DNA of 32,000 nt from Nostoc punctiforme PCC 73102 (GTDB taxonomy: Bacteria > Cyanobacteriota > Cyanobacteriia > Cyanobacteriales > Nostocaceae): positions 4,350,001 through 4,382,000 of the forward strand of contig NC_010628.1 of the NCBI RefSeq assembly GCF_000020025.1, in the 5' to 3' direction. Of the stretch, positions 8,057-16,391 are shown piece by piece. A program made the translations under genes and the position numbers. How positions within the stretch are numbered: position 1 is the stretch's first letter; every line of letters begins with the position of its first letter. The notes under the pieces are model-generated. The model ran no database searches, was not told where the DNA came from, and saw only the letters and a list, made by a program, of their open reading frames with translations.

Positions 8057-11000
8057 ATGAATGAGTTACAGAATCAAAATCCTACGGTGGTAGCACCTGT
8101 AAATAGCGATCCATCTCTACAAACCCTTGATCAGACGCTACCAAGTAGTTCTCCTCGGGCTAGCGCCAGTGTGCTTTCTCAGGGAGATGGACTCAAAGCA
8201 GAGTACTACGACAACATCGACTTCACCAACCTGAAGGTAACTCGTACAGATGCGACGGTGAACAATGACTGGGGTTATGGTTCTCCAGATCCGACCGTTG
8301 GTGCAGATACCTTCTCAGCACGTTGGACAGGTCAGGTGCAAGCCAAGTACAGCGAGACTTACAACTTCTATACCACGGCTGATGATGGTGTGCGACTCTG
8401 GGTGAATGGTCAGCAAATCATCAATCAATTTGTTAATCAATCTGCCACTGAATCTGTCGGCTCGATCGCACTAGTTGCAGGTCAGAAGTACGATATTAAG
8501 CTTGAATACTTCGAAAATACTGTCACTGCCGTTTCCAAGTTGGCTTGGTCGAGTGCTAATCAGACCAAAGAAATCATTCCTCAGTCACAACTTTATAGTC
8601 AAAGCGCCGGACCTGCTATTGGCAACGGCAACGGACTCAAAGCAGAGTACTACGACAACATCGACTTCACCAACCTGAAGGTAACTCGTACAGATGCGAC
8701 GGTGAACAATGACTGGGGTTATGGTTCTCCAGATCCGACCGTTGGTGCAGATACCTTCTCAGCACGTTGGACAGGTCAGGTGCAAGCCAAGTACAGTGAG
8801 ACTTACAACTTCTATACCACGGCTGATGATGGTGTGCGACTCTGGGTGAATGGTCAGCAAATCATCAATCAATTTGTCAATCAATCTGCCACTGAATCTG
8901 TCGGCTCGATCGCACTAGTTGCAGGTCAGAAGTATGATATTAAGCTTGAATACTTCGAAAATACTGTCACTGCCGTTTCCAAGTTGGCTTGGTCAAGTGC
9001 TACTCAGACCAAAGAAATCATTCCTCAGTCACAACTTTATAGTCAAAGCGCCGGACCTGCTATTGGCAACGGCAACGGACTCAAAGCAGAGTACTACGAC
9101 AACATCGACTTCACCAACCTGAAGGTAACTCGTACAGATGCGACGGTGAACAATGACTGGGGTTATGGTTCTCCAGATCCGACCGTTGGTGCAGATACCT
9201 TCTCAGCACGTTGGACAGGTCAGGTGCAAGCCAAGTACAGTGAGACTTACAACTTCTATACCACGGCTGATGATGGTGTGCGACTCTGGGTGAATGGTCA
9301 GCAAATCATCAATCAATTTGTCAATCAATCTGCCACTGAATCTGTCGGCTCGATCGCACTAGTTGCAGGTCAGAAGTATGATATTAAGCTTGAATACTTC
9401 GAAAATACTGTCACTGCCGTTTCCAAGTTGGCTTGGTCAAGTGCTACTCAGACCAAAGAAATCATTCCTCAGTCACAACTGTATTCACCACTTCTTCAGG
9501 CCACAATTACATTAGGATCGTCTTCCACAACTGTGAACGAAGGCGCTGGTAATGTTAACATAACTTTGCTCAGGACTGGTGATTTAAGCAGCACATCTTC
9601 AATCAAGTATGCAACCCTAGCTGGTACTGCCACAGCAGGAGTTGACTACGGAAGTGATGGCACCGAAAGCGCTGGCACAATTATTTTTGCGCCGGGGGAA
9701 AGTAGCAGACAGGTATCAATTCAGATCAATGACGATTCATCTACAGAAGTGGATGAAACCTTTAGTTTTGTTATCGATCAGCCAGGGGGAGCAACACTAG
9801 GGCTCCAAAGAACTCTCGGAATTACGATTCAAGATAACGATCGCTCTGGCATCGATTTTAGTGCGCCAGTAGTTAATGAGGGTGCTGGTACAGCTACGGT
9901 GATAGCTACACGAGGTAACACTGTAGGGGCTGCTAGTGTCAACTACACAACAGTGGATGGAACTGCTAAAGCTGGATCTGACTACCAAAGTAAATCTGGA
10001 ACCTTGAGTTTTATAGCAGGACAAAGCCAGCAAAACATTATTATCCCCATTATTAATGACAACGTTGGGGAATCAAATGAAACATTTACTTTGAACTTCA
10101 GTAATGCAATTGGAGTCCAACTAACTAATCAACAGACAAATATTACGATTCTTGATGATGACTCTGGTAAGTTTGCTTTAGATACGGTAGCTTCTGGTTT
10201 GAATCAACCCACAGCTTTTGACTGGACAGCTGACCAAAAGCGGATGTTCGTTGCCCAGAAAAATGGGGTCGTGCGAGTCTTAGACAACGGCAAATTATTA
10301 GCAACACCATTTATCGATATTTCTGGACAGGTAAATGACACGCGCGATCGCGGTCTTTTAGGCATTGCCGTACATCCAGATTTTGGCAAAAGTCCAACAG
10401 GCAACAACTATGTTTACCTCTTGTATACTTACGATCCACCAGAAACTAATCCAAACAACCCTAAGAACAATGCCAATAGCACATTGGACAATCCCGATCA
10501 GAATGGGAATCGGACTGCACAGCTAATTCGGGTAACAGCTGACCCCAAAACGAATTACACTACTGCCATTGCTGGCAGCCAATTTGTCCTACTGGGTACT
10601 AATGCCACTTGGAATAATATTAGTCATCCAGATGGAAATAGCACAAATGTCTCACTTGGCTACGCACCATCAGGAATTCTCAACAAAGATACTGGTAAGC
10701 CGTTTACTAGCTTGCAGGATTATCTCAATAATCTCGATAAAGTTCAAAATATCCAGAATTTTATAGCCAACGATAGTGAATCTCACTCAGTTGGTGCTGT
10801 GCGCTTTGGGACCGATGGTTCTCTGTTTGTGAGCTTAGGGGACGGGACTTCTTACAATGGGATAGATCCGCGAGCAATTCGCGTTCAGGATATCGATAAT
10901 CTGTCCGGCAAGATCCTGCATATTGATGCTATTACTGGTCAAGGTTTATCAAGTAATCCTTTCTACAACGGCGATCCCAATAGCAATCGTTCCAAGGTCT

Positions 11001-11545
11001 ATAACTTAGGTCTGCGTAACCCCTTCCGTTTCACAATTGATAAGAAGACCAATACCCCTGTTATGGGTGATGTTGGCTTTGATACTTACGAAGAGGTCAA
11101 CGTCGGAAAACCAGGAGCTAACTTTGGCTGGCCGTTCTATGAAGGAGGTCTTGATGCGAATGGCAACATCGTCAGCCTGCAACAACCAAAATATGCGACC
11201 CTAAATGCAGCAAAAGACTTTTATAGTAGTGGCAAAACTGTTACAGCACCAGTTTACACTTACAAGCATTTTAGTTCCAATTCAATTGTTTTAGGTGACT
11301 TTTACACAGGCAATACTTTCCCATCAATCTATCAAGGTGCGTTATTCGTAGGTGATTTCAGTCAAGGAACTATCGATGCTTTGAAATTTGATAGCCAGGG
11401 CAAACTTACCTCTGTTAAGCGGTTTGCTTCTCCAGCAGACACGCCAAATCTAGGAGTGCCTACACAAATCACCACTGGACTAGATGGCAATCTGTACTAT
11501 GCAAACTTGACCGGGGGTGAAATCGATCGCTTCCGACCTGCTTAG
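8057..11545 (+). CDS. Large multidomain protein: 3x PA14, 2x Calx-beta, C-terminal PQQ-type glucose/sorbosone dehydrogenase-like beta-propeller
   Basis: PA14 signature: GLKAEYYDN..FSARWTGQ..YNFYTTADDGVRLWVNGQ..KLEY. Calx-beta signature: VNEGAG...GTA.AG.DY...F.PGES...I.I.DD...E..E.F, twice. Dehydrogenase propeller signatures: ASGLNQPTAFDW, RGLLGIAVHPDF, GLRNPFRF. An in-frame TAG at 8030-8032 fixes the N-terminus. Confidence 0.9.
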   Translation: MNELQNQNPTVVAPVNSDPSLQTLDQTLPSSSPRASASVLSQGDGLKAEYYDNIDFTNLKVTRTDATVNNDWGYGSPDPTVGADTFSARWTGQVQAKYSETYNFYTTADDGVRLWVNGQQIINQFVNQSATESVGSIALVAGQKYDIKLEYFENTVTAVSKLAWSSANQTKEIIPQSQLYSQSAGPAIGNGNGLKAEYYDNIDFTNLKVTRTDATVNNDWGYGSPDPTVGADTFSARWTGQVQAKYSETYNFYTTADDGVRLWVNGQQIINQFVNQSATESVGSIALVAGQKYDIKLEYFENTVTAVSKLAWSSATQTKEIIPQSQLYSQSAGPAIGNGNGLKAEYYDNIDFTNLKVTRTDATVNNDWGYGSPDPTVGADTFSARWTGQVQAKYSETYNFYTTADDGVRLWVNGQQIINQFVNQSATESVGSIALVAGQKYDIKLEYFENTVTAVSKLAWSSATQTKEIIPQSQLYSPLLQATITLGSSSTTVNEGAGNVNITLLRTGDLSSTSSIKYATLAGTATAGVDYGSDGTESAGTIIFAPGESSRQVSIQINDDSSTEVDETFSFVIDQPGGATLGLQRTLGITIQDNDRSGIDFSAPVVNEGAGTATVIATRGNTVGAASVNYTTVDGTAKAGSDYQSKSGTLSFIAGQSQQNIIIPIINDNVGESNETFTLNFSNAIGVQLTNQQTNITILDDDSGKFALDTVASGLNQPTAFDWTADQKRMFVAQKNGVVRVLDNGKLLATPFIDISGQVNDTRDRGLLGIAVHPDFGKSPTGNNYVYLLYTYDPPETNPNNPKNNANSTLDNPDQNGNRTAQLIRVTADPKTNYTTAIAGSQFVLLGTNATWNNISHPDGNSTNVSLGYAPSGILNKDTGKPFTSLQDYLNNLDKVQNIQNFIANDSESHSVGAVRFGTDGSLFVSLGDGTSYNGIDPRAIRVQDIDNLSGKILHIDAITGQGLSSNPFYNGDPNSNRSKVYNLGLRNPFRFTIDKKTNTPVMGDVGFDTYEEVNVGKPGANFGWPFYEGGLDANGNIVSLQQPKYATLNAAKDFYSSGKTVTAPVYTYKHFSSNSIVLGDFYTGNTFPSIYQGALFVGDFSQGTIDALKFDSQGKLTSVKRFASPADTPNLGVPTQITTGLDGNLYYANLTGGEIDRFRPA
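8189..9480 (+). repeat. 444-bp tandem repeat, 2.9 copies, each encoding one PA14 domain
   Basis: Copy starts are at 8189, 8633 and 9077. Copies 2 and 3 are identical by eye for about 400 bp. Copy 1 differs at about 5 positions (e.g. agcgag/agtgag, gttaat/gtcaat, tacgat/tatgat, tcgagtgctaat/tcaagtgctact). Confidence 0.95.
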
Positions 11546-11669
11546 AGATGACTTGAAGAAGGCAGGAGGCAGAAGGCAGGAGGCAGAAAGAAGGAAGTAA
11601 ACTTTTTATGTCTGATTTTTTGAATCCTGTACTTCATACCTCATTTACTTGAAAACTGCTGTATCAATT

Positions 11670-11708
11670 ATCAGTGAACAGTTATTCGATTGTTCACTGA
11701 TTTTTATT
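11670..11708 (+). terminator. Rho-independent terminator for the PA14 gene, overlapping the stop codon of the convergent reductase gene
   Basis: Stem atcagtgaaca (11670-11680), loop gttattcgat, stem tgttcactgat (11691-11701), then ttttatt. Confidence 0.65.
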
Positions 11709-13257
11709 AAGATAACTTAGTCAAAAATCCCAACAATTTTTTGGTATTTGATGTTAAAAGTGTGCGGCGATAAGCATCAGCTGCTTTTTTAATCGCTTCA
11801 GCTTGAGTGGGATAAGGATGAATTACACTGCTTAACTTACTCAAACCAAGCTTATTCACCATTGCTGTAGTCACTTCTGAAATCATCTCACCTGCGTGAC
11901 TAGAGACAATAGTTGCACCGATTATTTCATCAGACCCCTTTTTATGGTGGATTTTCAGAAATCCTGATTCTTCACCATCTGCGATCGCTCGGTCTACACT
12001 ACTAAAAGGTATTTTGATTGTCGTCACCTCAATACCCAATTTCTGCGCCTCGTGTTCGTACATCCCCACGTGGGCAATTTCTGGGTCAGTATAAGTTACC
12101 CACGGCATTACCAAACTACTGAGTTTCGAGCGTCCTATGCCAAAGGGAGAGAACAGAGTATTTTTAATTACAATTCGCGCCGCAGCATCAGCAGCATGGG
12201 TAAATTTCCAGTTCATGCAGATATCGCCAGCTGCATAAATTTTGGGATTGGTCGTCTGGAGATAATCATTTACCTTCACACCTTGGTGCTTGTCGTATTC
12301 TACACCCACAGCTTCTAAATTTAGATTTTCGACATTTGGCGATCGCCCCGCACCGACTAAAATTTCATCTACTGTCACCGAATCTCGATGACTATTAGAA
12401 GAAAAGTAAAGCCGTTTCCCTTCAGTAACAGTTACTACTTCTTCTAATTTGGAATTCAACACTACGCGAATTCCTTCCCTAATCAAAACCTTTTGCAGAA
12501 TTTCAGCAGCTTCAGCGTCTTCTTTATTCAGAAGATGAGAACCGCTATGGAAAAGTACCACCTCAGAACCCAAGCGCCGGAAAGCTTGCGCCAATTCGCA
12601 ACCAATGGGGCCGCCACCAATCACCGCTAAACGTTCCGGTCGTTGAATCAGCGAAAAAACCGTCTCATTCGTTAGATAACCCGCCTTTTCAATCCCCGGA
12701 ATCGATAGTTGTGCGGCTCTTGCGCCAGTAGCAATTACAGCTTTTTTAAACCGCAGGGTTTTGCCGCCAACTTCCACGGTATTCTTACTCGCAAATCGAC
12801 CGCTACCCAAAAATACATCGACACCCAACTTTTGAAACCGCTCCGCTGAGTCATTAGGGCTGATATCAGCCCTGATTCGCCGCATCCTTGCCATGACTTT
12901 GGGAAAATCAACATCTATATTATGTTGGGGAATATTAACTCCCAAGTCTTTAGCATCCCAGATTTCGCCAACTACACGGGCAGACCGAATAATAGTTTTA
13001 GATGGTACGCAACCAACATTTAAGCAATCTCCACCCATGAGATGCTTTTCAATTAACGCCACTTTTAAACCCAAATCTAGACCCGCAGCACCCGCTGCCA
13101 CAACTAATCCCGCCGTACCAGCCCCAATTACTACCAAATCATAAACATCTGCGGGTTGAGGATTAACCCAGTTTGGCGGATGGACGTAAGACACCAACTT
13201 TTGGTTATACTCATCCGTTGGGCGAACCGTGACTCTCTCTAAATCTGAATTGGTCAT
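11707..13257 (-). CDS. FAD-dependent pyridine nucleotide-disulfide oxidoreductase (class I flavoprotein disulfide reductase, mercuric-reductase-like but not MerA)
   Basis: Contains the GAGTAG FAD loop, the redox-active GGDCLNVGCVPSK (Cys78/Cys83, nt 13024-13026 and 13009-13011), a second GGGPIGCE dinucleotide loop, and a C-terminal HPYPTQAE dimerisation motif. It has no NmerA domain and no C-terminal Cys pair. Confidence 0.9.
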   Translation of the reverse strand: MTNSDLERVTVRPTDEYNQKLVSYVHPPNWVNPQPADVYDLVVIGAGTAGLVVAAGAAGLDLGLKVALIEKHLMGGDCLNVGCVPSKTIIRSARVVGEIWDAKDLGVNIPQHNIDVDFPKVMARMRRIRADISPNDSAERFQKLGVDVFLGSGRFASKNTVEVGGKTLRFKKAVIATGARAAQLSIPGIEKAGYLTNETVFSLIQRPERLAVIGGGPIGCELAQAFRRLGSEVVLFHSGSHLLNKEDAEAAEILQKVLIREGIRVVLNSKLEEVVTVTEGKRLYFSSNSHRDSVTVDEILVGAGRSPNVENLNLEAVGVEYDKHQGVKVNDYLQTTNPKIYAAGDICMNWKFTHAADAAARIVIKNTLFSPFGIGRSKLSSLVMPWVTYTDPEIAHVGMYEHEAQKLGIEVTTIKIPFSSVDRAIADGEESGFLKIHHKKGSDEIIGATIVSSHAGEMISEVTTAMVNKLGLSKLSSVIHPYPTQAEAIKKAADAYRRTLLTSNTKKLLGFLTKLS

Positions 13258-13507
13258 TGGCGAAACCTCTTTTAAGAATTGAAAATGCTAAAGTCAACTA
13301 CCTTTAGGAGGAATTAAAAATTAATAATCCTGATAAATTTAGGTGGCTCAGTCTCTTATTTTTTATGTTTGTTTAATAATAAATACAGCCTTTGAATTGT
13401 TTTGTCCGTTTGGGAATTGACAGATACGATTAAAGTTTTCCTGTATAAACGTTTCAACAATCAATAATTTACAGCAATTTGCTATTGAATAGCCCACAGT
13501 GGAGTAC

Positions 13508-14278
13508 CTACAATTCCTCTTCTAAAGCTTTGCGTGCAATCCGGGTTACATAAACTGTAACGGCTACTGTCGCAATCAAACCCAAAATCCGAATTGCCCA
13601 TTGTAAAGTTGGGTTAGTAAGTTGAGCTTCGGTGCCAATCATGGCAAGATTACTTGCAAGGGAACCTATATAAACGTACATAATGGTTCCGGGAATCATG
13701 CCTAGAGAGCCGATGAAGTAATCTTTAAGTGAAACTCCTGTGATGCCAAAGGCATAGTTGAGCAAATTGAAAGGAAATATCGGGGATAGTCGCGTTAACA
13801 GGACAATTTTTAATCCTTCTTTACCTACCGCTTCGTCAATGGCGGCAAATTTTTTGTTATCCGCGATTTTACCAGCAACCCAGTTTCTTGCTAAATAACG
13901 TCCTACAAGGAAAGCAGCAGTAGCGCCAAGGGTTGCACCGACAAATACGTAGATAGAACCCCAAACTGCACCAAAAATTACACCCGCTCCCAAGGTGAGA
14001 ATAGAACCTGGGAAAAAAGCGACGGTGGCGATAATATAAAGGGCAATAAAAGCTATGGCTCCCAACGCACCCAGGCTATCAATCCACTGCAACGAGTCCC
14101 GTAAAATGGTTTGAGGATTGAAATAATTTGGATTTGCAGATTCTTCTGCTAAAGCCGCGTCTGTGTTTAATGCGAAAGCACTCGCCAATATCAATAATAT
14201 TAATCCTAGGCTAAAAAACTTTTGGAAGTTTCTGGCTTCAATACTTTTAAATATCTGAATGATTGTTAGTTTTTTCAT
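13508..14278 (-). CDS. TVP38/TMEM64 (DedA superfamily, SNARE-associated) membrane protein, paralog B
   Basis: Multi-pass hydrophobic protein with LLTRLSPIFPFNLLNYAFG and GxxPGT motifs. It is highly similar to the upstream paralog. Confidence 0.85.
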   Translation of the reverse strand: MKKLTIIQIFKSIEARNFQKFFSLGLILLILASAFALNTDAALAEESANPNYFNPQTILRDSLQWIDSLGALGAIAFIALYIIATVAFFPGSILTLGAGVIFGAVWGSIYVFVGATLGATAAFLVGRYLARNWVAGKIADNKKFAAIDEAVGKEGLKIVLLTRLSPIFPFNLLNYAFGITGVSLKDYFIGSLGMIPGTIMYVYIGSLASNLAMIGTEAQLTNPTLQWAIRILGLIATVAVTVYVTRIARKALEEEL

Positions 14279-15005
14279 GGGTTGTGATTTCTTCTACTGC
14301 CACACTTTGAGCTAATGCTTTCTGAGCAATTTTTGTGATATACACAGTTACAGCAACGGTAGCAATCAACCCAACTACTCGCATTATCCATTGCCAGGCT
14401 TGAGTTTCTGGGGTAATTGGTTGATGAGATGTGTTAATCATGGCAAGATTACCAGCTAACGAACCAATATAAACGTACATCAAAGTACCGGGAATAATGC
14501 CGAAGGAACCTAATATATAGTCTTTGAGAGAAACCTGTGTGACTCCAAAAGCATAATTTAATAAATTGAAAGGAAAAATGGGACAAAGACGAGTCAACAA
14601 GACAATTTTCCATCCCTCTTTGGCAACTGCTAAATCAATCGCTTTAAATTTAGGATGTTTTTCCATTTGTCGAGAAACCCAATCGCGCGAAAGGTAGCGT
14701 CCAATAATAAAAGCTAAAGTTGCTCCGACCATTGCAGCAATTAACACATATATTGACCCCCAAAATACTCCAAACAGACAACCGCCTTTAAGTGTTAGGA
14801 GGGAACCGGGGATAAACAGTAATGTTGCCAAGTTGTAAATGACTATGTAAGCGATAGGCCCTAAAACTCCAAGACTCTCAACCCAAATGACTGATGCCTG
14901 TAAAAGTCCCTGAAAGTTTAACTGTTTAGCAGCAATTATGAGAGTGGCAATCAGGCAACTTAAGAGTAGTAGTTTGAGTTTGGAATTTAATACAGACTTC
15001 CTCAT
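14247..15005 (-). CDS. TVP38/TMEM64 (DedA superfamily) membrane protein, paralog A
   Basis: It has the same motifs (LLTRLCPIFPFNLLNYAFG). Its 3' end overlaps paralog B by 32 nt. The track start at 15047 is TTG; ATG candidates are at 15041 and 15005 (MRKSVLNS...), so the start is uncertain. Confidence 0.8.
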   Translation of the reverse strand: MRKSVLNSKLKLLLLSCLIATLIIAAKQLNFQGLLQASVIWVESLGVLGPIAYIVIYNLATLLFIPGSLLTLKGGCLFGVFWGSIYVLIAAMVGATLAFIIGRYLSRDWVSRQMEKHPKFKAIDLAVAKEGWKIVLLTRLCPIFPFNLLNYAFGVTQVSLKDYILGSFGIIPGTLMYVYIGSLAGNLAMINTSHQPITPETQAWQWIMRVVGLIATVAVTVYITKIAQKALAQSVAVEEITTHEKTNNHSDI

Positions 15006-15015
15006 TTTTATAAGT

Positions 15016-15103
15016 TTTATCTTTAAAATCTGAAAGTTCATGTTCAAAACCTAAAGCTTCATGTTCAGAACCTCAAACTTCGTGTTCAGAACCTTAACAC
15101 TTC
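15016..15103. repeat. 21-bp tandem repeat, about 4 copies (ttcatgttcagaacctaaagc)
   Basis: Units lie at 15037, 15058 and 15079, with a degenerate unit at 15016. The array spans the 5' end and leader of TVP38 paralog A, in the 89-bp gap after the GT2 gene. Confidence 0.75.
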
Positions 15104-15146
15104 AAATCCAATGCCCTTAAGATATATTACTTACATGAGAAACAGC

Positions 15147-15857
15147 TTAAATCCTCTTAAATTTTTCTTGGCGATACCAGCGACAAATTCGCTCAGGTGA
15201 AACGCCGAGTAAATAAGCAATAATTACTATTTGATTAAGTAGCGTAGTTTTAAACACTCCCTTTTGTAACCATCTACGGGCTGAGGTAACAACTGGTGTG
15301 GGAATAATTACAATCCGTCCGATGCGTTTTAAACGACGCATGAGTTCAAAGTCTTCCATGATAGGCAATTCAGGAAAACCGCCAATTTGTTGAAATACTG
15401 CTTTTTTAGAAAAAATTGCTTGGTCGCCATAGGGCATTTGGTAAAAATGCGATCGCACATTTACTCCCCACTCCACCCATCGTAAACTTAAAAGTGGTGC
15501 ATCAATTCGCAACTTAAATGCACCAGCCACAGTCCCAGGCTGTTGTAGCGCTGTGCAAATCATCTCATCAAACCCAGCAGGTAAAAGGGTATCTGCATGG
15601 AGAAACAGCAGAATTTCCCCACTAGCCGCTACAGCACCCGCGTTCATTTGCATAGCACGACCGGGAGATGATGAAATAATTTTGACATTTAAAGATTGAG
15701 CGATCGCTACAGTATCATCACTAGAGCCACCATCGACTACAATGACTTCTATATTTATACTGCCTTGAGTCGTAGCAATGGCTTTTTTAATATTCCCCGC
15801 TTCATTAATAGCCGGAATAATAATCGAAATTTTGGCTGCGTCAATACTCTCACTCAT
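15147..15857 (-). CDS. Family 2 glycosyltransferase (small GT-A, TIGR04283-like)
   Basis: Contains IIIPAINE...VVDGGSSDDT...LFLHADT (DxD-type) motifs and a C-terminal hydrophobic helix LLNQIVIIAYLLGV. The ATG overlaps the upstream stop as ATGA. Confidence 0.8.
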   Translation of the reverse strand: MSESIDAAKISIIIPAINEAGNIKKAIATTQGSINIEVIVVDGGSSDDTVAIAQSLNVKIISSSPGRAMQMNAGAVAASGEILLFLHADTLLPAGFDEMICTALQQPGTVAGAFKLRIDAPLLSLRWVEWGVNVRSHFYQMPYGDQAIFSKKAVFQQIGGFPELPIMEDFELMRRLKRIGRIVIIPTPVVTSARRWLQKGVFKTTLLNQIVIIAYLLGVSPERICRWYRQEKFKRI

Positions 15858-16255
15858 GATTGCTGAGTTTTCTTTTCCGGTTGGTCAGGAAACGAACACT
15901 CTACCGTTATCTTCAGATTACTTTCAGCCGTGCCTTTAGTAACATAAGGTATACCTGCTTCACCGCCAACTTTGATGCCAAATTCTAGAGTGACTTTATC
16001 AATATTAGCAACAGGGATTTTCTTAAAAGCATTGAGTGAATAAACAGTGTAAGCCCGAATTGTACCTTCAATTGCTTGGAAATTTTGGACTATCTGTTTT
16101 TGTGCAGCATCAGCATCCCATCCCTTATCAATTAGCGCTTCTTCTTCTCCCTCTGGAGTAACTTCGGTAATGACTGGTGGTGCATCTATATTATCTGTAG
16201 CCTCAATGTAAATAATCGTGCCATCTTCTAACTGAATAGGTGTGAGTTGAGCCAT
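15854..16255 (-). CDS. Small Trypco2-like (CU044_2847-type) protein
   Basis: 133 aa. The N-terminus is MAQLTPIQLEDGTIIYIEA and the C-terminus is VTLEFGIKVGGEAGIPYVTKGTAESNLKITVECSF. Both match my recollection of the Trypco2 pattern (..IEL.DG..v.vE.. / ..vEFG.k...eaG..i.k...e.n.kvtl.w). No HMM was run. Confidence 0.6.
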   Translation of the reverse strand: MAQLTPIQLEDGTIIYIEATDNIDAPPVITEVTPEGEEEALIDKGWDADAAQKQIVQNFQAIEGTIRAYTVYSLNAFKKIPVANIDKVTLEFGIKVGGEAGIPYVTKGTAESNLKITVECSFPDQPEKKTQQS

Positions 16256-16391
16256 AGGATTAAATCTCGCCTAAAAGAATTGCGTCTAAGGTAGCCCAGC
16301 GGTGCTTATCTACAAAATTTTACGGAAAATGCGGTAAATTTCTTGTAGAAGCTGGAAATAATTCGGCACAACTATCATAGGGCTTTGCAGG
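16256..16391. promoter_or_regulatory. 136-bp divergent intergenic region that must hold promoters for both the Trypco2/GT2 operon and the caspase-STAND gene
   Basis: This call is positional only. I could not pick convincing -35/-10 boxes or an NtcA site. Confidence 0.4.

Noticed and set aside
8475-9122. Duplicate 67-aa ORFs 8475-8678 and 8919-9122
   Set aside because: They are out-of-frame shadows of the 444-bp PA14 repeat. They simply recur with the repeat period.
11707-13257. Mercuric reductase (merA) call and a mercury-resistance locus
   Set aside because: The protein has the CxxxxC flavoprotein core but no N-terminal metal-binding domain and no C-terminal Cys-Cys pair. No merR/T/P genes are nearby.
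16331-16350. NtcA-type binding site in the divergent intergenic region (gtaaatttcttgta)
   Set aside because: The sequence is GTA-N8-GTA, not the GTA-N8-TAC palindrome, and no properly spaced -10 box was found.
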